Assembly (NCBI RefSeq): GCF_001194135.2
Contig: NC_068999.1
Coordinates: 26,266,957 to 26,330,956 of the forward strand
DNA from: Octopus bimaculoides
Taxonomy: Eukaryota
DNA length: 64,000 nucleotides
Direction of reading: 5' to 3'
Each line of letters begins with the position of its first letter. Position 1 is the stretch's first letter. Below the pieces are notes generated by a model. The model was not told where the DNA came from. It made no database searches and worked only from the letters and a program-made list of their open reading frames with translations. Below are positions 54,901-61,258 of the stretch, one piece after another. Made by a program: the position numbers and the translations under genes.

Positions 54901-57273
54901 GATGCTGGTGTGTTTACGTCCCCGTAACTTAGCGGTTCGGCAAAAGAGATCGATAGAATAAGTACTAGGCTTCCAAAAAATAAGTCCTGGGGTCGATTTG
55001 CTCGACTAAAAAGGCAGTGCTCCAGCATGGCCGCAGTCAAATGACTAAAACAAGTAAAAGAGCAAAGTAAGGTCTCTATATAATGTTCTGGAGCCCTGTT
55101 CATTAACCAAACTGTTTGTTACATATAAACAGGGGTAATTTGTTCCAAGCCACACCCAAATTCTATATAAAGACATGAAATTATATTTTATTTGTTTATC
55201 CATCAATATCATCATCAACATTCAATGTCCATTTCCCATGCTGGCACGGGTTAGATAACCCGACAGGAATTGGCAAGGTCAGGGGGCTGCACCAGGTTCC
55301 ATAGCCTGTTTTAACTTGGTTTCTATGGCTGGATGCCCTTCCCAATGCCAACCACTCTACAGAATTGCAAATAAATATATGTTTATGTGTATGTAAATGT
55401 GTAGGAGTACATTTTCTCAGTTTAGCTTGTGTTGATCCATTGCTATTTTAAGTAAAATATGAGAAATATTATTTTCCATATAAAATATGAAAATTTGCAA
55501 GCTACACAAAATGTGTACATGGATATAAACAAACAATGTGTATGTTTTCTCAGCCACTTAAACTATTTCTAATTTGTTGTTCAAATTTCAGATTGGTGGC
55601 TGAATATAATTTTCTGTTCATTTAGCTTATCTATTTGTATATGCTCTCCCAGCACTTATGTAGTCTACTTGTGGTTTGTAGTTAGATTTCAAATTGTTAT
55701 GTTAATGGGCCCCCAGTCACTTCCACATGTGCATAGCCTGCTCATGGTTAACTGATCAAATTTCAACTCATTTTGTGAGTTTAGTTTTCTTCAGGAAAAC
55801 TATTTGTTATTCAAATTGTTCATTTAGAGAACTCTTTGCATATGGGTACTCCATTATATTCCAAAGCAGTTACTGAAGTTCATTAGTTTTACCATTCATG
55901 TTTCACACTACAGTTACATTATATAAATTATCCTTTGTAGAATATTCGCCTTTTTTTTTTTTTAATTCAAAAACAAATTTTCTCCAAAAATGTTGGCATA
56001 ATAAAGTTATTATGTCAACATTGTACCAAATAAAACTAATTAGGTTTGTCTTAGTTACAAAAGTTTTCATTATTAACCACAGTAAATTTTACTTCCAGCA
56101 ATACTTTCCCAATACCAAAACTCAACCTTTTCCAACAGACATTCAAAGTAATTGTCCCTCTATATAAACAAGACTTAACAAAAATGCTAAAGTATGGAAG
56201 GAGTCAAAATTCCTCCACTACGTCACCTTAATATGTTTGTTTTCATGAAATCATTATATATATATATATATATATAGATATATATATGCTTTCCTTAAAA
56301 TTTGATTTAAATAGATTTAATAAAAACACAAGAAAAGCATCACTGATACTCTTTAGCCCTTTCTTTACCAACCTGACTTAAACTGGCTCTGGCTCTTTAG
56401 TATAAATGTCTTGTTTTCATAAGTTTTGAATTCAAATCTTCCACCAAATCACAATTTATGTTCCTAACACTAGCTTAATGATAACGAAGTTATTTTACTA
56501 AATTTTTTGTTATATTCAAAATAATTGAAAGAAACAGAGCATCTCAAAATAAATACAGTAACGAAAGGGTTAAATCATATATTTTGAAAAAGTTTAGTTA
56601 TTATTGCTTTAATTTTCAATTAGCAATAAATATTTCACGTAACTAGCTAAATAAGTTGCATACAAAACAAAATAATGTTAGTGTTAAAACCACAGGCTAA
56701 ATTACAATAATGTCAATATAATTCTGTAAAAGTCATAATACCATGACAGATTAAGAAATAGGAGTCACAGTACAAACCTTTTTGTTGCTACTGTACTCAA
56801 ATTTTCTGCAAATTGTGCTAATATAGTTTTCAATCTTTCAAATATTTTTTTCTAACCAATCAAACAACAATCTCAGACTCCAAAACATCTCATCTGAGTA
56901 ATTTTAGAGAATTATTGGAAAGATTTGATATCAACATGAAATAATAATATTTAAGTAATACTTTAACATGTCCATTACATTAGTAGTTCCAATATATTTA
57001 ACAGTTGAACATAAAGAAAATAGTAATATCATTAAAAATCCCACAGAAATCTTCTTAATTTTGCAATATATAAAAAACATGAGAATAGTTTAGAAATGAG
57101 AAAATTTAAGGAATATTCTTTTCCTGAGAAATAAAAAATATTAGTCTATTAAACATATAATTCTCAAGTGGTACTAACCTCAGAGTTGAAGACGTTTTCA
57201 AGTTATTCCTCTGGTTAGTTGTTGAGGAATCATCATTAGAACCTTGGGTTCTTTTTTTACTGGAAACATTTGA
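2806..57273 (-). CDS. ATAD2: ATPase family AAA domain-containing protein 2 (ATAD2/ATAD2B, Yta7/Abo1-type histone chaperone); 24 coding exons in the window, 4425 nt, 5'-incomplete
   Basis: Manual splicing gives one open frame with matching phases at all 23 junctions. Recognisable parts: acidic N-terminal region; LADVDPM; AAA1 with Walker A GPPGTGKT, Walker B IIFFDEIDG and second region of homology DPALRRPGRFDREF; degenerate AAA2 (GKIGQGQS; ILYFPHI); bromodomain (VPDYYDIVKEPMDL...NALEYNP); C-terminal LEKLYSVFSQCIY domain. Probably the single invertebrate co-orthologue of vertebrate ATAD2 and ATAD2B. Confidence 0.96.
2979..3211 (-). CDS. ATAD2: ATAD2 penultimate exon (233 nt; alternative acceptor at 3191 possible)
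   Basis: tttaag|GT GAA TCA ... TGT GTT|gtaagt; LLDQVVTQTKGYTVERLEKLYSVFSQCIY, the ATAD2 C-terminal domain. Confidence 0.9.
4525..4700 (-). mobile_element. Decayed 3' module of SINE family A
   Basis: Resembles the reverse complement of the 3' module at 54870-55062 (tttcagtcatt.gactgc...). Confidence 0.45.
5371..5462 (-). mobile_element. SINE fragment of the family at 53350
   Basis: Reverse complement contains ttaaattccgctgag...gcctttcatccttttggggtagataaattaagtaccag, as at 53420-53510; runs into a gap. Confidence 0.7.
5482..5578 (-). CDS. ATAD2: ATAD2 exon (97 nt, phase 0-1)
   Basis: ttgccag|GCT CCA ACT ... GAA G|gtattt; APTNSQTTEQEKGAAPELADISPLPVENQETE; bridges the phase gap between flanking exons. 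Confidence 0.72.
5740..6720 (+). mobile_element. Decayed RTE-clade LINE (RT and C-terminal part)
   Basis: Remnant L(L)Y(A)DDLVL reading (aaactcatatactgatgatctagttctt) and decayed C-terminal/3' similarity to 41880-42100. Confidence 0.55.
7485..7532 (+). mobile_element. Ultra-short 3' tail of the RTE family (hairpin plus (GAT)n)
   Basis: cccatgctagcatggaaagcggacgttaaacgatgatgatgatgat. Confidence 0.8.
8540..10300 (+). mobile_element. Highly decayed Tigger/pogo (CENP-B/DDE_1) transposon
   Basis: Broken frames with ANKGWLKDFK, GE..S.DE..A and DET motifs typical of Tigger transposases; boundaries approximate. Confidence 0.55.
10926..11866 (-). CDS. ATAD2: ATAD2 large low-complexity exon (941 nt, Ser/Thr-rich)
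   Basis: atttag|GT GAA GTT ... GAT AAT|gtaagt; lies within the 355-aa ORF 10905-11972; phase 1-0. Confidence 0.9.
12247..12454 (+). mobile_element. Mariner-derived MITE (about 208 bp)
   Basis: TA on both sides; inverted termini ...ggtgctgaaaagttcctggcttt / aaagccaggaacttttccgtacccct; interior keeps the transposase end (CVNLRGEYVE*). Confidence 0.8.
13250..14110 (+). mobile_element. Decayed RTE-like LINE RT fragment
   Basis: VKDTSQFVNLGNV...NIKCKIGKVR resembles the RTE post-RT FxYLG...DIxxRIGKAR motif. Confidence 0.55.
14115..14583 (+). mobile_element. Mariner transposase 3' fragment with right TIR
   Basis: FFHQDNARSHTA, HPPYSLDITSSDYHLF and LPDRWKSIVENEGEYILD*; ends ttatttatgggatgacccaata; same family as 62945-63590. 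Confidence 0.85.
15148..15270 (-). CDS. ATAD2: ATAD2 exon (123 nt; end of bromodomain) with GC donor
   Basis: atctag|GA AAG GCT ATT CGT CAC CGA ... AGA AGA G|gcaagt; IRHRVCALKDMAYAVVNSELNPEFAKMCQDIVNSRKRRG. Confidence 0.92.
16020..16390 (-). mobile_element. tRNA-derived bipartite SINE family A
   Basis: Reverse complement matches 54670-55062; head abuts the (TA)n at 16393-16438. Confidence 0.8.
16393..16438. repeat. (TA)n microsatellite
   Basis: About 23 perfect TA units. Confidence 0.95.
17118..17277 (-). CDS. ATAD2: ATAD2 exon (160 nt; bromodomain core)
   Basis: ttatag|GTT CCA GAT TAT ... ACA G|gtgggt; VPDYYDIVKEPMDL...NALEYNP with the conserved Asn. Confidence 0.96.
17664..17857 (-). CDS. 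ATAD2: ATAD2 exon (194 nt; bromodomain N-terminal part)
   Basis: atttcag|CT CGA GTC ... GAG GAT|gtaagt; EELPRAPPP...EEATLRELRLFLRD. Confidence 0.95.
18570..18705 (-). CDS. ATAD2: ATAD2 exon (136 nt)
   Basis: ttttcag|TTG AAA GAA ... AGA A|gtatgt; PTEQERREFFSDLLL. Confidence 0.93.
18801..18986 (-). CDS. ATAD2: ATAD2 exon (186 nt)
   Basis: ttaacag|ATA TTC TGT GAA GCC AAG AGA ... GAT GAT|gtgagt; IFCEAKRTSPSILYFPHI. Confidence 0.94.
19690..20270 (-). mobile_element. RTE-clade LINE C-terminal fragment
   Basis: YLGS...DEDVKTRISKARTAF and LLYGAETW...IRWPEHISN.ELW...RKRGRPKNSWRR. Confidence 0.85.
20506..21712 (+). mobile_element. Near full-length degenerate mariner (DD34D) element
   Basis: TIRs gagctgaaaaggctcattagctg / cagcctatgaacttttcagccgac; remnants WVPHL, TQDECWLHHFEP, GNAPAH, PHDYHLFPNMK, WKEFVDCKGDYVE*; stops and frameshifts. 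Confidence 0.88.
21790..23375 (+). mobile_element. 5'-truncated RTE LINE with PHD finger, middle part in a gap, 3' UTR ending in (GAT)n
   Basis: KFQVWKQGLE*KGLRVNL...WPCSICRKGIGRNSIRCTQCKLWTHKRC...CGRC before gap 22102-23038; 3' UTR, hairpin and (GAT)n after it; continuity across the gap is inferred. Confidence 0.75.
23474..24387 (+). mobile_element. Solo LTR (914 bp), probably Gypsy/Ty3-type
   Basis: TGTAGCGA...TCGTCTACA inverted termini; 4-bp flanks ACGT/ACAT (one CpG-type change); AATAAA at 24221; higher GC than surroundings. Confidence 0.75.
25268..25454 (-). CDS. ATAD2: ATAD2 exon (187 nt; start of AAA2)
   Basis: ctcgtag|T TGT GCC ... ACA CAG|gttagt; YRPRLL...GQGQSVHLAPA...RTPEESCTQ. 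Confidence 0.94.
25701..25857 (-). CDS. ATAD2: ATAD2 exon (157 nt; linker)
   Basis: cttttag|GT TCC TGT ... CAA AG|gtaatg; open frame, phases 1-2 fit neighbours. Confidence 0.88.
26295..26375 (+). mobile_element. RTE 3' tail fragment
   Basis: gtccaacctatgctagcatggaaggagggtactaaacgatgatgacgat. Confidence 0.7.
27225..27539 (-). CDS. ATAD2: ATAD2 exon (315 nt)
   Basis: ttgtag|GC TAT TGT GGT GCT GAT ... AAA G|gtaatt; YCGADIKALCTEAALMALRRRYPQIY. Confidence 0.95.
27650..29460. mobile_element. Heavily decayed LINE remnants (endonuclease/RT-like)
   Basis: Short RTE-like peptide traces in broken frames; orientation and extent uncertain. Confidence 0.3.
29974..30064 (-). CDS. ATAD2: ATAD2 exon (91 nt)
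   Basis: ttttag|GCT CGG TCC ... GTT G|gtaagt; ARSQIFSIITKDWNPKL...KCVG. Confidence 0.94.
30870..30996. repeat. Compound (TACA)/(CA)/(TA)/(TG) microsatellite
   Basis: Visible directly; abuts an RTE tail. Confidence 0.9.
30997..31810 (-). mobile_element. RTE LINE 3' end (ORF2 terminus plus about 700-nt 3' UTR)
   Basis: Reverse complement encodes LTEAMTSDLDLWKYAVREKTWQAK*; 3' UTR nearly identical to 23039-23375; (GAT)n tail. Confidence 0.85.
31820..32143 (+). mobile_element. Helitron/Helentron-type non-autonomous element (DINE/HINE-like) 3' part
   Basis: ccaaatttcattaggatcggtgtagtagttttcga...gacattgacttttatataatagat resembles the DINE-1/HINE 3' architecture. Confidence 0.5.
32290..33660 (-). 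mobile_element. CR1/L2-clade LINE fragment (endonuclease plus RT N-terminal part)
   Basis: ICPVHKGRSRADAKNYRSISLTSHVSKTME...QHGFRPGRSCLTQ; endonuclease motifs GDFNFP, ILDLCFTN, SDHSMI. Confidence 0.88.
34150..35450 (+). mobile_element. Decayed Penelope-like element (RT, traces of GIY-YIG region)
   Basis: SPVMACIYMEYFEE, FTTEKE and HKTTFTGSYL are PLE RT motifs; Cys/Tyr remnants near 35150. Confidence 0.65.
36719..36967 (-). CDS. ATAD2: ATAD2 exon (249 nt; Walker B, arginine finger)
   Basis: ttttag|GCT TAT CAG ... TTA CAA|gtaagc; PSIIFFDEIDGLAPVRSSRQDQIH...DPALRRPGRFDREF. Confidence 0.97.
37186..37334 (-). CDS. ATAD2: ATAD2 exon (149 nt; Walker A)
   Basis: ttttag|GT ACT GGA AAG ACT ... GAT CAG|gttggt; TGKTLVARALANEC...KGADCLSKWVGESERQLRLLFDQ. 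Confidence 0.96.
37469..37610 (-). CDS. ATAD2: ATAD2 exon (142 nt; start of AAA1)
   Basis: ctatag|GTT AAC TTC ... CCA CCA G|gtgagc; FKSIGGL...LKEMIVFPLLYPEVF...PPRGVLFYGPP. Confidence 0.96.
38050..39600 (+). mobile_element. Decayed non-LTR element (endonuclease/RT, Jockey/I-like)
   Basis: LLDDFNTHNTSW endonuclease motif and LFN.S...PDL RT-entry traces; heavily broken. Confidence 0.4.
40018..40129 (-). CDS. ATAD2: ATAD2 exon (112 nt)
   Basis: ttaag|G TGT TTG CCA ATG ... AAA ATG|gtaact; CLPMN...IGSSLADVDPM. Confidence 0.94.
40380..40668 (-). mobile_element. SINE family A copy
   Basis: Reverse complement of head/CORE-like segment (gtctaccaaatttactcacaaggcattgg...cttaaccacacaaccatgcctgcac). 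Confidence 0.7.
41225..41338 (-). CDS. ATAD2: ATAD2 exon (114 nt)
   Basis: gtttag|A AGA CGA ... AAT AG|gtaaga; AFHGSSSTSSSSDSSDDERRFERRKAKSMTRARNR. Confidence 0.92.
41880..42410 (+). mobile_element. RTE LINE 3' end with internal minisatellite
   Basis: KLGIKSIR...WFGHVV...GPRKKWDKV remnant, then 3' UTR and ccatgccagcatgg hairpin with tail. Confidence 0.75.
42411..42596 (-). mobile_element. SINE family A head fragment
   Basis: acacttgctcaaggtgccaca...gggaagcaagtttctcaaccacac. Confidence 0.65.
42990..43500 (+). mobile_element. Tc1/mariner (maT/DD37D-like) transposase 3' fragment
   Basis: NCPGCNPMDYYVWGMIEKDTN...KLVAKIKEVF...FEAMMEAQASYFE*. Confidence 0.65.
43560..44400 (+). mobile_element. 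RTE LINE AP-endonuclease fragment
   Basis: VVSVCDRIIKLRL...LLIVAGDFN...RLLEFCD...QIEHCL...CTTQHSLV. Confidence 0.8.
44707..44818 (-). CDS. ATAD2: ATAD2 exon (112 nt)
   Basis: ttttag|AC TCT CTT ... ATG CG|gtaagt. Confidence 0.85.
45516..45677 (-). CDS. ATAD2: ATAD2 exon (162 nt; acidic tract)
   Basis: attag|AT TTT GAT ... CCT ATA G|gttagt; DEEVDEDDDDADDD...RRSYYLREHKPRTKLFEAPP. Confidence 0.9.
46418..46517 (-). CDS. ATAD2: ATAD2 exon (100 nt)
   Basis: ttttcag|GAG TTT ACA GAT ATG TAC AGT CGT GTC ... GAT G|gtgaga; DMYSRVKR motif. Confidence 0.85.
46888..47135 (-). CDS. ATAD2: ATAD2 exon (248 nt)
   Basis: tatatag|AG GTG GAG ... TCT TTG|gtaaga; basic RRSTRKR segment. Confidence 0.8.
47625..47960 (-). 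mobile_element. RTE 3' UTR copy
   Basis: catcatcatcatttaacgtccgctttccatgctggcatgg...; colinear with 30997-31345. Confidence 0.85.
48295..48637 (-). mobile_element. SINE family A copy (both modules)
   Basis: Reverse complement colinear with 54670-55062; ends about 50 nt from the 48686 donor. Confidence 0.75.
48686..48732 (-). CDS. ATAD2: ATAD2 exon (47 nt, phase 2-1)
   Basis: ttaacag|G AGG GGA AAA ... GAA GAA G|gttggt; RGKVVSGDSSDEFEE; phases fit both neighbours. Confidence 0.65.
49520..49880 (+). mobile_element. RTE RT fragment
   Basis: LDEM*LGVMPR...YLEKTFDKVS resembles DEMQFGFMPG...DLEKAFDRVP. Confidence 0.55.
50500..51950 (+). mobile_element. Decayed Chapaev-like (CMC superfamily) DNA transposon
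   Basis: EQSNHSTDCYFC, NLLSAIRPKP, GGDLKI and LHIKLGIFK...FPQLSKAK match my recollection of Chapaev transposase motifs. Confidence 0.55.
52460..53320 (-). mobile_element. 5'-truncated R4/Dong-like non-LTR element (CCHC zinc knuckle plus restriction-like endonuclease)
   Basis: LHGKY...AAQDQSLSTRNY...CRIC...TIDHVVFGCPVL...RHDRLGQYIHW...ILWNFPVQTDR...LIDMSVP...YEDL...PVVIGMLG. Confidence 0.85.
53350..53915 (+). mobile_element. tRNA-derived SINE with Meta-like central domain (gap inside)
   Basis: ggcggcgagctggcaga head; B box gttcaaattcc; gcctttcatcccttcaaggttgataaaataagtaccag; flanked by (ATT)n. Confidence 0.75.
54670..55062 (+). mobile_element. tRNA-derived bipartite SINE family A, best-preserved copy
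   Basis: A box tggctgtgtgg; B box ggttcattccc; CORE-like ggcaccttgggcaagtgtctt; (TA/TG)n spacer; second module ending gaaacaagtaaaagag-like; at least 7 copies in the window. Confidence 0.88.
55200..55362 (-). mobile_element. RTE 3' UTR copy (decayed)
   Basis: ccatgctggcacgg hairpin ... ggatgcccttcccaatgccaaccact. Confidence 0.7.
56357..56569. mobile_element. piggyBac-like MITE (213 bp)
   Basis: ttag|ccctttctttac ... gtaacgaaaggg|ttaa: CCCTTT termini with TTAA-type flanks. Confidence 0.6.
57179..57273 (-). CDS. ATAD2: ATAD2 5'-most exon found (95 nt, phase 0-2)
   Basis: Long polypyrimidine tract, ctgtag|TCA AAT GTT ... CTG AG|gttagt; SNVSSKKRTQGSNDDSSTTNQRNNLKTSSTLR; poorly conserved, supported by splice signals and phase. 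Confidence 0.7.
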
Positions 57274-57438
57274 CTACAGAAAAAAAAGAAAAAGAAAAAA
57301 AAAATATGTGAATGATATATAACAATTTTTTGCAATATATTTCAGCATTTAAGAACATGCCAAAAGCATCACTCCCAGTTATATGAAGGTCAAATACTAA
57401 AGTCTGAATGACTGTTATAATTTCAAGATTGATTTTTC

Positions 57439-57795
57439 CAGGAGTGGCTGTGTGCTAAGTAGCTTGCTTACCAACCACATGATTCCAGGTTCAGTCCCAC
57501 TGCGTGGCACCTTGGGCAAGTGTCTTCTGCTATAGCCTCAGGCCGACCAAAGTCTTGTGTGTGGATTTGGTAGATGGAAACTGAAAGAAGCCCCTCGTAT
57601 ATGTGTGTGTGTGTGTGTGTATCTTTGTCCTCCCAACATCGCTTGACAACAGATGCTGGTGTGTTTATGGCCCCATAACTTAGCGATTCAGCAAAACAGA
57701 CCAATAGAATAAGTACTAGGCTTACAGAGAATAAGGCCATGCTCCAGCATGGCCGCAGTCAAATGACTGAAACAAGTAAAAGAGTAAAAAGAGTA
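57439..57795 (+). mobile_element. SINE family A copy
   Basis: Colinear with 54670-55062, with an internal deletion. Confidence 0.85.
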
Positions 57796-57799
57796 ATCA

Positions 57800-58700
57800 T
57801 TTTGTTCTTGCAGTTGAGAAGTACTATAAAGAGAAAAATATTTCATTTAAGATACTGTTTATTTTTTACAATGCTCCTGGTCACCCATAAAACATTGTTG
57901 ATTTTCATCCTAACATCACCATCATATATCTACTCCTAACTGCAACATATGGACCAAGCTATCTTTTCTAACTTCAAGTATTGCTACCAAAGATGCGTAC
58001 CTAGGCAGAGTGTGGCAACAACAGAAAGGAAGGAAGGCACCACACTGTGATTTTTGGAAGATGGGCAATAGTTCAAAGGCCATTCTTAATATCAATTCTG
58101 CATGGACGGATGTATCAGAAATGTGTATGAATGCCATTTGGAAGAAACTGTACTCTCAATTTGTGGATGATTTCAGGGGTTTTGACATTTGTGATGTGAA
58201 CAAAGAATTGGTGGCATTGTCAAAAGAATTGAATATGGGTTTGGAGGAGGAAGATTTTGAAGCACTGATTGATGCTGACAAGCAACTACTCAAAAATGAA
58301 GAATTGATGGAGTTGCTAACAAGAAGATGCACAACTGAAACCAGAACCATGGTGCTTCATTAAGAAAATGCAGCAAGCTTTTCTATATAAAGAGAAATCA
58401 CTAGCCCTTTTCGAGGAGCTGGATCCTAATGCTGAGCACTTTACTAAAATTATTGGGATTGTTCATGATGCTTATGCCCTTAGAAGGTTATCATGGATGA
58501 CAAAAATAGTAAAACCATTCACAGTACCCAAGACAAATTTTTGCTGCATATTGAAAGTCGATGGCCTGAAATGAAAACGTCTGAAGACAAATAGATTCCT
58601 TCAGCTTCAATGTCAACACTGTAACCCATGCTTCTCCTCCAACTTTCACTTCTCGCCAATCAAGCACATTAGTTTATCTTTCTTTTTATTTTTGGTTCTT
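57800..58700 (+). mobile_element. Decayed Tigger-like transposon 3' part
   Basis: AILNINSAWTDVSEMCMNAIWKKL...FRGF...ALSKEL...EEDFEALIDA...FEELDPNAEHFTK. Confidence 0.65.
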
Positions 58701-58899
58701 TTCTAAGCTTTTCTTAACATTATCTTTTTTATAATTTTTATTTAAATAGTTAATGTATAGTATTTTATAGTGACTGGAAGTCCTTTTTACTGAATTTCAA
58801 TGAATTGTTGAATGTCTTTTGTTTTGTGTTATGTCATTTTTCGAGTTAAATAATCTGTCCCGAAACCTATTACCAACCTATATTGTGGTGTGTTTGCAT

Positions 58900-59080
58900 A
58901 TCATCATCATCATCATCATCATCATTTAGTGTCGGTCTTCCATGCTAGCATGGGTTAACAGTTTATCAGGGGCTGCACTTTACACAATGGACTGCCAGCA
59001 TTGGCAGGGTCACCAAGTAACTTACAAGACAAAAATCCTTTGAAAGGAGGGTGATATTGAAAGAGGTGTCTTTGTGCTGT
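58900..59080 (-). mobile_element. RTE 3' UTR copy
   Basis: (CAT)n then gtcttccatgctagcatgggtt. Confidence 0.7.
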
Positions 59081-59272
59081 ACGTATGTATGGTGAAGCAA
59101 CAGGAAAAAGAGAACTCAAGATGAGTATATATATATTTATTATCAATATTTACCAGAAGTAACAGAGTGACTCAAGGTCTGATAATTTCATGTGTTTGAT
59201 AAGTGCCAATGCATGAAACTCTTGGGCCTTGAGGCACTGTTACTTCTGCTAAATATTCATAAATATATATAC

Positions 59273-59321
59273 CTACCCATGCTAGCATGGAAAGTGAATG
59301 CTAAATGGCGATGATGATGAT
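59273..59321 (+). mobile_element. Ultra-short RTE tail
   Basis: cccatgctagcatggaaagtgaatgctaaatggcgatgatgatgat. Confidence 0.7.
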
Positions 59322-60169
59322 TATATATATATATATATATATATATATAGATATTATTTACACACATATATACATATGCATTTATACATACATTTATATA
59401 TATATATATATATGGTGTTCAGGCTAACTTTGATAATTTTATGTCTCCTCTTTTCAAGAACAATTTGATATATTGTTGAACAGTCAATGGTGTTGGAGAA
59501 TATAAAGAATGAAAAATTGTAGCTGAGAAAAAGTTAGCTGACATGGAGGGTTGGAAGCCATCTGAATAATTGAAAAAAAGTTAATTGTATCATCTTGATT
59601 CATGCCAGGTATCAAAATGTCGACATCATGATGGCGTTTTCAGTCTCATTAATAACACTTGCACCATTTCTGCTCCACTGGTCATTACCTGCAATACCTC
59701 TGTTCTGACTGCCCATGCACAGAGGGCCCCTGGACTTCTGCCTTTGTCTGGGGCAGGAATTAATTATCTCTCAATACTTCAGTCCCTCAGTCTAAATTCT
59801 ACACTCCTTTTCATTAAACCTCTCCTTCACACACTTACACAACACCCTCCTCTTACATTCCCACTGTCTACTTAACTTCTACCCCACACCATGTTCAAAC
59901 AGTATATACATACATCTACATGTATACACACATTTACACATGTACAAACATACAAAGAACACAAGCACATTATAGCTACACACACACACATGGGTTAGTT
60001 TCAGTTTCTGAGGCAGATTTTCTACAACTGGATGTCCTTCCTGCCATAATGAAGTATTACTTCCCCATGGCCAACATGTTCTTGCAGAATATTGGAAATA
60101 AATTACACTACTTGTTTGACAGACATTTATTTACAACTATTACACAATGTCAAGACAAGGAAACACAAA

Positions 60170-60340
60170 CACACACATATATAAGACTGGCTTCTTTCAG
60201 TTTCCATGTACCAAATTCAACAAGGCATTGGTCAACCCAAGGCTACAAAAGAAGACTCTTTCTCAAAATGCCACACAGTGGGATGAACCCAGAACCACGT
60301 GGTTGGGAAGCAGACCTCTTACCACACAGCCATGCTTGCA
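60170..60340 (-). mobile_element. SINE family A head fragment
   Basis: ggcttctttcagtttcca...gggaagcagacctcttaccacacagccatgc. Confidence 0.7.
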
Positions 60341-60666
60341 CTTCCAAAAAGCCACACCTGCAGATGTGTGTGTGTGTGTGTGTATGTGGACATGTGCTGC
60401 TCAGTATTCACACATATAGACATTCATATAAACAATCATACATGGAGTTGAAATACTATCAGTTTTCTTTGACTACCTCTAGCTCAGAACAGTGTTTACC
60501 TGCTCATTTTTCACATGATCAGATTAACTTACCAATCTGCTCTAATTACATCACCCACTTCACACAAACACCAGAGAAAACTCAATACGCTGAAAATACA
60601 ATGAACATCACTACTATAGATAGATGCAGAACACTATGTAACTGCTTCAACATCATCATCATCATT

Positions 60667-60960
60667 CAGTTCTATATTTAAGAGATGAGGAATTATTTAT
60701 ATTATTTACATTTGACGGATATTCGTCCTCATCTTGTTTGTTGTTAACACAACGTTTCGGCTGATATACCCTCCAGCCTTCGTCAGGTGTCTTGGGGAAA
60801 TTTCGAACCTGGGTTCTCATTCCTATCGATGTTACTATTATTATTATTATTATTATATTATTATTATTATTATTATTACTATTATTAATCAGGTCGCTGC
60901 CGTGAATCGAACTCGGAACCTTGGGGTTAGTAGCCCGCGCTCTTAACCACTACGCCATAT
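60667..60960 (-). mobile_element. Composite element: tRNA-derived head, (AAT)n spacer, Penelope-like tail with hammerhead ribozyme
   Basis: Minus strand: TGGCGTAGTGG A box and GAGTTCGATTC B box (60960-60890); (AAT)n at 60835-60887; hammerhead at 60746-60791; terminal GATGAGGA/TCCTCATC hairpin. Confidence 0.75.
60746..60791 (-). ncRNA. Minimal type I hammerhead ribozyme (Penelope-like-element type)
   Basis: GACAC-CUGACGA-A-GGCUG-GAGGGUAUAU-CAGCC-GAAACGUU-GUGUU: intact core, 5-bp stem I, 5-bp stem II, palindromic ACGU minimal stem III; predicted cleavage after GUU between 60751 and 60750. Confidence 0.82.
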
Positions 60961-61258
60961 AATAGACAGGGAACAACACTGGAAAATACGAAAACTAAAA
61001 GAAGCAGCATATGTNNNNNNNNNNNNNNNNNNNNNNNNNNNNNNNNNNNNNNNNNNNNNNNNNNNNNNNNNNNNNNNNNNNNNNNNNNNNNNNNNNNNNN
61101 NNNNNNNNNNNNNNNNNNNNNNNNNNNNNNNNNNNNNNNNNNNNNNNNNNNNNNNNNNNNNNNNNNNNNNNNNNNNNNNNNNNNNNNNNNNNNNNNNNNN
61201 NNNNNNNNNNNNNNNNNNNNNNNNNNNNNNNNNNNNNNNNNNNNNNNNNNNNNNNNNN

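Noticed and set aside
58010-58574. Domesticated Tigger-derived gene
   Set aside because: Frameshifts and stops, no intact DDE domain; a fossil.
60888-60960. Functional tRNA gene
   Set aside because: No acceptor stem, and mismatched anticodon and T stems; treated as a tRNA-derived element head.
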